32,191 nucleotides of DNA, taken from positions 682,001 to 714,191 of the forward strand of contig QPGO01000027.1 of the NCBI GenBank assembly GCA_008632985.1, written 5' to 3'. Of this stretch, positions 22,514 through 31,538 are shown piece after piece; the stretch's first letter is position 1, and the number at the start of each line of letters is the position of its first letter. Both the position numbers and the translations under genes were made by a program. The stretch is from Psammoneis japonica (lineage: Eukaryota). The notes under the pieces are model-generated. The model made no database searches. It saw only the letters and a list, made by a program, of their open reading frames with translations, and had not been told where the DNA came from.

Positions 22514-25237
22514 TTAATGAGCCAGTATGAACATGACAATGAGAAATATGGAATAAGCGACAAAGAAAAGGATGGCTGCTGCGTAGTCCACTGTCCTCAA
22601 CTTTTTCAGCCTTCTTTTCTTCTTCGAATCAGCCTCATTAAGTCCCTGAGGAAGAAGCCTATGGCTCCACCATGTCAAGCTCGTCAGTCGCTTTTTTCGT
22701 CCACTGCGTTTTCGCTCCCTAGTGGGGTGAGCGGTCGACTCCTCCAATTGCTCATTATCAACGTTCACTTCTGTGTCAAACCCAACGGTATATTCGCGAT
22801 CTTCCCTCTGAGTACCACTTTCCAGGGCGTTGATGCTGTTGTTATTGTTGTTGCTGTCGTCAATCAGATTACGGGTCTCTTCAATGTCTCCGTGCTCTTC
22901 CCTCTCACCCTCGTAGTCATTGTGAGCGTAAAAATACAACACAATAATTGACTCGACAATTCCAAACACCACAAACATTTTAGATCCAAATGAAAGGCGA
23001 TAAATCCAAAGAAACTCCTGCGTGACAGGAGTCGAGTCTGCCAATGTAATGTCTTGAGCAACAATCACAAAGAGAATAGACGAACCTGTATGAAAAAAGA
23101 TTTTGTGTGGTGAGATGGGAATATCATAGAGGCCATCTAACAAGATGCCACCGTGAAGTAACTCACCGTAGCCCAGTCGTTCTCCCAGATGAAAGTCGAC
23201 GAAGAACATTCCAAATGCAAGATATGTAAAAATAATGTAGAGAGCAACAAACAGGTACACGTAGTATCGTTTCGCCCTCGCAAACGTAAAATCAAAACGA
23301 ACTAGCTTGTTCTCAAACCCAGACAGTTGTTCAGTTCTGAACGACACTCTTGTTTTGCGAATGTCGAGCTTGTATTCTTGGTAATTCCAAGAGCTGTCGC
23401 TTACCCGTGCGCTGTACTCAACGGATTTATTGGCAGGAACATAATTGACCCGATGATAGAGAGGATCCATCGTGCCACCAAACTCCATGTGACATTCTAC
23501 AAAAAGGCAAAACGAAGAGTGAGGAAAACGGCAAAAGCCTGAAGTGGACGTGATACGGCGCTTACCTGTCTTATCAAAGGGAAAGTCTTCGATACCAGAG
23601 AGATCACAAATAGCTGCTAGTACTCCTGTGCGCCTCCATTTCACATATCCATCATAGCGCACTGACGCATGTGCTTCGGGCAAGCTTTGAACGCCCCTTA
23701 CCATATTTACGAGCTCCATGTTTGGAACCCACAGTTCTGTCTGTTCCGCGTCAACCGATGCCCTGAAAGAAGATCGATGGCAACCCCCAATAAAGGGTTC
23801 CCACACAAGACGTGGATCATACCATTCCAACTCTAGCGACATTAAAATCTGCATCGAGTTTGTCTTTACTTCAATCTCCAATGCGTGCGAGATATCCAAA
23901 GAAATCTTGACGTCGACAGCATCTTTGCTGCTGAAGAAAGGATCTTCTTCCTTTGGTGATGGATCGACCGGAGTTATGGTATTGTACTTATCGACAAGAG
24001 CATCATGGATCTGGCTTTCACACTCGTAATTTGCCCGCGTGTCATCACAACACGCCTCTTCAAAGAACGCACGGCCAATCTCACATGCGTAGGTCGAGAC
24101 GTCCTCTTTTATCAAGAGGGCGTCAAGCTGGCTACATGACCATCCATCAGTATCCGGATAGAGTTCTAGCCAATCCTTTGGGTACTCTCGAATTGTGCCG
24201 TTGAAGAGTTTGGCTTCTGTAGCACCGCAAATGTTGCAGTCGTCCGACAAGGGCAAAAAGTCAAGTTCGAGGTCCACCTCCTGGATGGTCACGCCTTGAC
24301 TTTGAATTGTCTCTGCATCCAAAATAGAACTGTTCTCGTTAAGTCGATATTCTGGAATACCAAGAGGGTTATTAATCACAATGTCTCGCAGAATAAAGTG
24401 TACGTGGCCGCCTTGATCTGAGTCAACGAGTTGAATCGAACACAGTTTTGCATCATCGTTGTTTTGGGTGCTACAGCGAAACAGCATTGCACCATGTCGA
24501 CTCCAGTAAACGTTTCCATTGGGTAAAATTATTGCCGTTGTGTCGACGAGTGGCTCTCTTGTTCCCTGATCATGAGGGACGAGATGCGGCGTCCAAATGT
24601 CGGTGCGTCGGACCTCAAACCCTGTGCACGGTGCAATAGAGGAAGAACTCCACCTCAGCCGTTCATCCGTCCATTGTAAGTGGAGAGATCCTACTATTTC
24701 AATGGCACCACCATCAATGCCATGATCGACGATATGCATTTCATCAAAGAGCTCCACTACCAAGCTAGCATTCACCGCAATCCCTTTGGAAATGGGTGGA
24801 ACGTACTTGTCATAACTCGCATTGCTGCCCGTGAGCAGAGCCTCTCTCATTGTAGCTTCACATTCAAACAAAGGAGGCACATTATCACAACATTGTCGGA
24901 AAAGCCAGTCACGTAGCGCAAGACAGTCAAACCCTTCGTTTCGTTCCGCATAAGTTGCCCAATCCGCACAAGTAAGGTTGTTGTTCTGCACCATGGCTTT
25001 GCCTGCTGTTGCGTTATCAAAGGATACGCGGGCAGCCGCTTCTGTTGTTCTGGGACGAGTATTGTTTAGAATCAAAAATCCAGGCAGGCAAATGTTGCAT
25101 TGACCTGTATTATTCTGTTCCTGAAGCGTCCTTCTTGGTGTTGCGATGCTTTGGCTCGCAACAGTACCGACAAAATTAAGAATCGCCATGAGATATGCTG
25201 AAAGAATCAGAACGTCGTATCGCTTCAACTTAAACAT
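22514..25237 (-). CDS. Pentameric ligand-gated (Cys-loop-type) ion channel subunit with a duplicated extracellular region
   Basis: Signal peptide, two ligand-binding-domain-like blocks (WTDERLRW..IWTPHL..NGNVYW and WYDPRLVW..LWVPNM..YDGYVKW..C..EDFPFD..C), four TM helices with GERLGYG before M2. Two stop-free in-frame introns, 23497-23565 and 23086-23166, are read through by the ORF track. Confidence 0.85.
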   Translation of the reverse strand: MFKLKRYDVLILSAYLMAILNFVGTVASQSIATPRRTLQEQNNTGQCNICLPGFLILNNTRPRTTEAAARVSFDNATAGKAMVQNNNLTCADWATYAERNEGFDCLALRDWLFRQCCDNVPPLFECEATMREALLTGSNASYDKYVPPISKGIAVNASLVVELFDEMHIVDHGIDGGAIEIVGSLHLQWTDERLRWSSSSIAPCTGFEVRRTDIWTPHLVPHDQGTREPLVDTTAIILPNGNVYWSRHGAMLFRCSTQNNDDAKLCSIQLVDSDQGGHVHFILRDIVINNPLGIPEYRLNENSSILDAETIQSQGVTIQEVDLELDFLPLSDDCNICGATEAKLFNGTIREYPKDWLELYPDTDGWSCSQLDALLIKEDVSTYACEIGRAFFEEACCDDTRANYECESQIHDALVDKYNTITPVDPSPKEEDPFFSSKDAVDVKISLDISHALEIEVKTNSMQILMSLELEWYDPRLVWEPFIGGCHRSSFRASVDAEQTELWVPNMELVNMVRGVQSLPEAHASVRYDGYVKWRRTGVLAAICDLSGIEDFPFDKTGKRRITSTSGFCRFPHSSFCLFVECHMEFGGTMDPLYHRVNYVPANKSVEYSARVSDSSWNYQEYKLDIRKTRVSFRTEQLSGFENKLVRFDFTFARAKRYYVYLFVALYIIFTYLAFGMFFVDFHLGERLGYGELLHGGILLDGLYDIPISPHKIFFHTGSSILFVIVAQDITLADSTPVTQEFLWIYRLSFGSKMFVVFGIVESIIVLYFYAHNDYEGEREEHGDIEETRNLIDDSNNNNNSINALESGTQREDREYTVGFDTEVNVDNEQLEESTAHPTRERKRSGRKKRLTSLTWWSHRLLPQGLNEADSKKKRRLKKLRTVDYAAAILFFVAYSIFLIVMFILAH

Positions 25238-25633
25238 TTTTTAAACAGTTTCTTCCTATGGAGCGCCTTCTACTTTATAGATCTGCAGTATAAACTTCGT
25301 TGGCAATTTGTTATTGCTTCTCAAACTCGAAAAGCAACGATCTCATCGTCTTCTCATGTTGTTGTTGCTGTAGTTGCAGATCTCCCAGTGTTCGCGAGCG
25401 AACATAAAAATACACACATCTCTGAAGTAAAATATAAAACGTACGACTGGATTTTCCCACGATCCGATCTTTCAGTCACGAGCACTAATTGAATAGAAAA
25501 AAAGTGAAAGTTGATTATTAGCAAATTATGGAATGAATATGGTAAAATGTTAGTACTCTATCTTTCAAGCATCTGTTGCGGCCAGAATTCTCAATTCTTT
25601 TCTCAAAAGATTTTCGGTTCTCACATCGTCGCC

Positions 25634-26710
25634 ATGACGAAACAAACCGCTCGGTTGAGCAGCCGCTGCTTTCTTCTTTTCGCAGCGGTGCTCTTCGTGA
25701 GATCGTCATCTTTTGTATGCGACGCCTTTTCTTCGTCGTCCACCGACAATAACAATGGCTTTTCCTTGTCGGAATACTGGAAAGCACGTGCATTAGAAAC
25801 TTCCAATGCTCTGGATTGTTCGCGGTTTCATTTTCAAATTTTATTTGTGGACGACGACAATAGCAAGGGACGAATTGCTCGGGGTTTGTTGGATAGAATT
25901 GCCGAATACAATGACGCCATGTGCGTTCTGTTTCCGGCTTGCGCCACAATCACACAAGCCTACCGCGCACCCCGCGATGCAGCTGCACCGCAACAAGCCC
26001 TTGACGTGTGCGAAGAGCTTGGACTGTGTCCCCATGTCAGTGAAGAAATTGGGACAGCGTTTGATTTATCGTGCTTGGACGAATATGACTTGATCATTTG
26101 TATGAATGACGACATTCGGGACTTGATTTTGAGATCGATCCATGCCGATTTCGACTATTACGCTCAAAAGTGCCATTCGTTGGGCGAGTTTCTGAGTTTG
26201 GATTTCTGTTCCAGCCTCTCGCCATCATCCTCATCAAAGTCGTCCTTACTCGACATGTTGGAACAAGACTTGGTTGAGCGTGTGGCGCCCTTTGCGGATT
26301 TCTTGGTGAGCAACAGCAATCTCGACAAACAAGACCTCTTCTGTCTGACAGACGTGAGCGATCGTCGTGCTGCTGCTCCATATATGATTTTAAACGCAGA
26401 CGGAGCCGCCGTCCCCAATACGGCCGCTTGGTCCGTGGCGGAAGCGGGAATGATTCTTGCCACGGCGGGTGTCACGCGCTTTTGTCTCGATGCCATGGAT
26501 TCGCAGTTGAATTCTTCTCTGGACAGCTTGCTCGAGCGTAATGTCTACCAGCCCGAGCACTTGCGTCTTGCGTGGGAAACGGTCGATGCTCAATTGCAAC
26601 GTTGCAATGCTGCAGTACATGGATACTTTTCACCGCAACAACGAAAGGCCAAGTTTGTGCTGCACGTTGCCAACTTGAAGGAACGGTTCAAGAACAAGCT
26701 CAAACCTTGA
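25634..26710 (+). CDS. LMW protein-tyrosine-phosphatase-fold protein, probably plastid-targeted and catalytically inactive
   Basis: Signal peptide ending VCDA|FS followed by a Ser-rich transit-like stretch. FQILFVDDDNSKGRIARGLL corresponds to the ILFVC.GN.CRS..AE motif, and DEYDLIICMN to the DLI..MD motif. Confidence 0.6.
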   Translation: MTKQTARLSSRCFLLFAAVLFVRSSSFVCDAFSSSSTDNNNGFSLSEYWKARALETSNALDCSRFHFQILFVDDDNSKGRIARGLLDRIAEYNDAMCVLFPACATITQAYRAPRDAAAPQQALDVCEELGLCPHVSEEIGTAFDLSCLDEYDLIICMNDDIRDLILRSIHADFDYYAQKCHSLGEFLSLDFCSSLSPSSSSKSSLLDMLEQDLVERVAPFADFLVSNSNLDKQDLFCLTDVSDRRAAAPYMILNADGAAVPNTAAWSVAEAGMILATAGVTRFCLDAMDSQLNSSLDSLLERNVYQPEHLRLAWETVDAQLQRCNAAVHGYFSPQQRKAKFVLHVANLKERFKNKLKP

Positions 26711-27079
26711 CATTGACAACAACTAGAATAAACTTAACTGGAGCACTGCACACAACAGAAGCCGACAAGGCATCATTATAGTGGCTAGGACGACGTATGG
26801 AGCACTCCCAGGGACAGCGAGTACGACTTTGTATGGTCAGTGGGCTTGAGAAATATCAACGAGTAATCTGAGACCAACGAAACTATTAGTACAAGCTTGA
26901 AAAGATATGGAATGGAACTGTGACAACAGCTTGAGGGTACACTAGAACCCACCTGATAGGCTAGGGCTAGAACTGTCGACTTCGAAGATTTTCCTACCGT
27001 ACTACTGCAGAGCTGCTTGCGTTTACTGCCGACGCTCTCACCAAAAAGGATTCCATGACCATCGTTGGTCGCGAGTTCG

Positions 27080-28630
27080 TCACTCCGCCGCCTCAAACTC
27101 GCTCAGCGTCGTCACTCGGCCCCTCGTGTGTGCTGCCACACTATAACAGGTAGAGCTCTCGCAGCCCACCGGTACAACCTCCCAAGCCGGGAGTGAGCAG
27201 CCTCCACGAGAGAGCTTCTGCACTTCTTTGAACATTTTGCACTGCAGTCCTGACTCGCTCCCTCTCACAATTGAATGAAATGAACACCCTCTGTTGCTCC
27301 AGCTCTCTGCTGGTGAGCTGAAATCTGGCAGACACTCTCTGAGAGCAGCAGCCAGACCTTCCATCTGTCTTTGCTCATCTTTGGCTGCCAATGGCAACCT
27401 GGAACTCTAAGAAACCAGTGGGCAATTCACAGGGGCAGAACCATTCTCCTCACATGAAATCATGGCCAACCTCTTGTGAGAGTCCACACTGTGTCAGTGA
27501 GTCATTGTGGGCCATGGCACACAGCCTGTGTCATCCACTTTTGATCAAACTTTGACCCAAAAAGTGTCACCTCAAAATCATCAACAACATGCCCCTGGTT
27601 GTCCACTGCATTGTGTTCCAAGCACAATGTTGGGGTGGAGTCTCATCTCATTGACAGAGTGCTCCAGCCATGTCAACATTTTGGTTGACAAAAAGGAGTG
27701 GAGCATGAAGTGCGCACTTTTCTGGCATGCTTGGAGCTGTCTGTCTTTGTGGCCTGCTGCACCCATGTGCCCAGATCACAGATCACCCTTGCTGCTCTGG
27801 GCCAAAGCCCAGTGTGCAAAACTGTTGTGCGCCATGTGCTTCTCACAATCTGCAAGAGAAAATGGGCATCACCTGAGCTGCTGAGACCCCACAGCATCAA
27901 AAAAATGCTGGTGGTGAGGCACATCAATGGGAGGACAAGGTCTCTAAAGCAGTTGTGAGGCTGCTTTGCACACTGACCTTCTGTTTTAGCAACATTGATG
28001 GTCTTTGCCAAAAGGTCTGACTGGCAACAGCATGGCTGAATTTGCTCAAAAGATGCCCCTGGCTGCACATGTGTGTGCCTCCCTCTTTCCCCGCAGGTGA
28101 CCACATGCCGTGGCACCAAGATCTGCAGCAACAACAGCATGCTGGGTGATGCTGGCCATGGCATTGTCAGGTCCCCCATCACGAGGATGTGGAGCAGTGT
28201 CAAGAAAGGCAAGAACATGCTGTTGACATCTGGGCATCTGCAGCAAGAGTGCTCAACTCACTTTCTTGCACCAGCTGCTCAATGAGCAACTTTGCACTTG
28301 GAGCACTGCCGACGAGGAGGCCTCCTTTTTTGGCTTGCCAGAGCCAAGTGCAAATGACCCTGAGAGATCATTTTGCATGAAGCTGCTGGGACCACTTGTG
28401 TCTTTGGGCTGACTTGCATCTTCACAACCCAGACTCTCTCTTGTCACCTTCAGGAACAAAAGGGGGGGTCAACAAACACTGGGGGCTTCCCACCCCTCCT
28501 TTCTGTGGGCTCTGCTGCCGTGCTTCTGCACCCACAAATTCTTGCAGATCATTTTCTCTGTGCTGGGAGGGACTTGAGTGCTTGTGGTGCCACTGCTGAG
28601 AGCCAAAATCTTTCAGCCATTTTTCTGCTC

Positions 28631-28673
<43 letters not shown>

Positions 28674-28772
28674 TGCTGCTGTCTCCTGCTCCTGGGTTTT
28701 CAAAGCACAGCCCACTTTTTCCCACTTTGTTTCTTGTGCTTTGAACTTTTCTTGGTGCCTGCCTGGTGCCAT
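27080..28772 (-). pseudogene. Heavily mutated relic of an unidentified protein-coding gene or element ORF
   Basis: ORF fragments 28253..28459, 28046..28246, 27581..27766 and 27080..27397 share one frame. Several breaks are TGA (compatible with CGA>TGA), but in-frame TAA/TAG also occur. No domain recognised. Confidence 0.35.
28634..28671. repeat. (CT)19 microsatellite
   Basis: Perfect CT dinucleotide run, followed by short (GCT)n. Confidence 0.95.
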
Positions 28773-29058
28773 TGTTCTTTGTTGGATGATTGTGAAATCA
28801 AAGGTCAAAACTGCATGGTGGTGTTTGTTGTGTTTCTCGGAAAGATGTTCGTTTGTGCCAGTCATCTCACAGGTTGTGCTGCACCGGCAGCGAGGTTGCA
28901 CCATGCAATGCAATGATTTATTGCCAACGCGAGCGTGAGAGGTTGGCGCTCGCTGCGAAGCTTCTGATCTGATTGGCACGGCTGAATCACTCTCATGATG
29001 GCAAAGATTTCATGATCGTGGCTGGTTGACGACAAGCCCATAACCCACATCAACAAAT

Positions 29059-29186
29059 TACTTCGAGCCAAAGTAAGCTAAATGGTTAACGATGTTCCTT
29101 AATTAAAAATTCTACTTCGGCTCAAAGACAGCTAAATGGTTGACGAAATCCCCTAATTAAAGACAGCTAAATGGTTAACGATGTAG
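29059..29186. repeat. Short direct repeats, core AGCTAAATGGTTRACGA x3
   Basis: Cores at 29076, 29130 and 29165. The first two share an upstream TACTTCG..CAAAG and a downstream TAATTAAA. Confidence 0.85.
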
Positions 29187-29639
29187 AGTTGTGGGCACAA
29201 GTAAAATCGAATAGATAAAACAGGATGTCAAATACGAAATCATCATGTGTTTTCTGCACCAGTTAACTACAGCATTTACATGTTCATTTGGAAATGTCAA
29301 TTGGTTTTCTCTCTCTACATTCAATGCTCGCAACAATGCTGGTTTTCAGATCTCTGCATGGGCATCCAATCAAAATGGACAATGCACACCTTTTGCAGCA
29401 AAGACAAATCAACCCATCTGGCATTGCAGCATCCTTTCAATCCACACTCAACAGAGGCGAGCACACGCCAAAGACTTGCAGAGAGAACAAAAGGCTCTTG
29501 AGCACACAAAACAAGAACAGAGTTGATGCACCCCTCTTGTTTTGAAGCTTGGGCCCTCAAGTGGCGCATGGTTTGGCTGGCTCTGCAGCTGGTTGGGAGG
29601 TTGATGGCTTTTTCATGACTCACAGCTTGAGGCTTCTTG

Positions 29640-31000
29640 TTGGCACACGAGCTCGCCCGTGCAATGTCGCCTTTCGAGCCTGCTGCTTGCTGGAGCTGAG
29701 ATCATGTGGACAGCTCTCCACATGCCTGGGCTTTGTCATTCAGGTGCTCAATCACAAAATCATCTTCTCTTGCACTGTGGCTGCTTGGCTTTCATCAACA
29801 AAATCTGCAGCAGCCCAGGCCATCCTGAGCACTCGTGACAAAACAGCTCTCCTGCAAAACCCTTCTGCTTGTCCCCCCCCCAGAGTGGTTCTTGGCAACA
29901 GTGCCACCCACAAACCAAGCTGCAGTCACGACTGTTTGCTGAGCTGCCAGCTGAGAAATTAAAACCAAGGTTGAGAGCTGAGCATGAGACCTCCTGTGAG
30001 ATGTGCCTGCAACAAGCCTCTCCACACAGCCGTGCTGCACATGGGGTCTGAAGCAAGAGGCACATGTTTTGATGCACAAGCACATGTGCAATGTCACCTT
30101 TGGAGCACGCTGCTCACTGGAGCTTGAGCAGAGGACAGCTCTCTGTGTGCAAACCATGTCTGTCAGATGCTCAGTCACAAAAACATCTTCTCTTGCTGTG
30201 GCTGCTTGGCTTCCATCAAAAGAAAGTTCCCACAACCCAGGCTGCCCCAGCCACCATTGACAGAATGGCTCCTGCAAAACTTTTCTGCATGTTTCCCTCC
30301 TCCCCTGCAGAGCTGCTCTTGGCAACAGTGTTGTCTGCATGCCAGGCTCCAATCAAGATGGTCTGCCAAGCTGCACCAGCTGAGATGCCCAACTTGAGTT
30401 TGCAGGCTCCCAGAACCACAAGACACACAGAGGGCAGCAATGCACGTCTGGTGCTGGTGGCAATGCTGAGCTCTTCATTTGCAGCTTCCCAGGGGCACAC
30501 CCACACCTTCAGAACACCAGCACAACCACAAGAGTTGCCCTCCTTGTGCAGTCACAACAGCACGTTGCACCATCTGCAAAAGGAGTGCAGGCAGCCTGGC
30601 TCCTGGGCTGCATGCTGACCCCACATGCCACAGCTTTTCACAGCTGAGCAAGAGACGCCAGTGTTTCAAAAACCCTGAGCCAAGGTTGGAGCTGGCAGGA
30701 GCTNNNNNNNNNNNNNNNNNNNNNNNNNNNNNNNNNNNNNNNNNNNNNNNNNNNNNNNNNNNNGTGTTTGTCATTTGTTGGCACAGGCAGAACAACTTTG
30801 AGCTTGCTGTTGGACAAAAAAGCTCTGAGTGAGGTTGGGCCCAAGAGTCATTGAGCATGCTGAGTGCACAACCTGAGACATGCCAGCAACAAAACTCTCT
30901 GCACAGCAATGCAGCCAGAACCTCTCTCACTCTTCTCTCAAGAGCTTGCTCAGGACAACACACCAGGGTTTGAAAAGCAAGCAGCCAAGCTTGCATGTTT
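29640..31000. repeat. Degenerate ~427-bp tandem duplication/array of unknown origin
   Basis: GTGCAATGTC at 29659 and 30086, with collinear shared blocks (GGACAGCTCTC, CATCTTCTCTTGC, CTGTGGCTGCTTGGCTT, CTCCTGCAAAAC, TCTTGGCAACAGTG). Weaker similarity continues past the gap (~30875 vs ~29998). Confidence 0.7.
30704..30763. other. Assembly gap (60 N)
   Basis: Run of N characters. Confidence 0.99.
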
Positions 31001-31538
31001 TTCTTCTCCCTGGCCCTCCCCAGATGCAGCCTTTGAGCCAATGGTCACCCTGAAGTTGCAATGTGCACCCAGCTTTTGCCCCTGCGGCAACCACCCCAGA
31101 CCACAAAGAAGAAGCCAATGAATCTCTGGCCCTGCTTGCATGGTCAATTTTTGTGTGTGCATCGAATGGTTGAATCCCCTCCTTTTTCCCTTTTCCGTTA
31201 ATCGGCCACGAATATGAAAAAATTGCCCTCATGATAATGCACCATGATAGATCCTCTTGCTTTTGTCGCGCTTTTTTGCGTGAATGTCACAGTACAAAAT
31301 CTACATACGTACAGTACGTGAGTTCGAGCTCTCGACAGTACATAAAAGATCCACTCAACATACACTCCCACCAACAAGCAACAAGCAACACTCAACACCC
31401 AACACCAACACACCAAGCAAACAGGACGGAACTTACTATTCCAAGTTCACCAAGAAAAGAGAAACGATACATTGCATCTTGGTCGAATTGATTCCTCCCA
31501 TGCATTCTTTCGATTGATGAACGATACTAAAAAATAAC

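Noticed and set aside
29059..29186. Direct repeats as a CRISPR array
   Set aside because: Eukaryotic context, only three imperfect copies, intervening sequences of unequal length that resemble each other, and no cas genes.
26715..29190. Helitron or TIR transposon with defined ends
   Set aside because: A CTAG lies near 26723, but there is no convincing hairpin, TIR pair, TSD or transposase/RepHel motif.
27200..31190. Classical fungal RIP, or CpG deamination alone
   Set aside because: RIP enriches TpA, and CpG deamination does not remove it. Here TpA is the most depleted dinucleotide.
27500..31200. Cys/His-rich ORFs as zinc-finger or metallothionein genes
   Set aside because: No regular ligand spacing. 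The composition is explained by TG/CA excess and loss of TAA/TAG stops.
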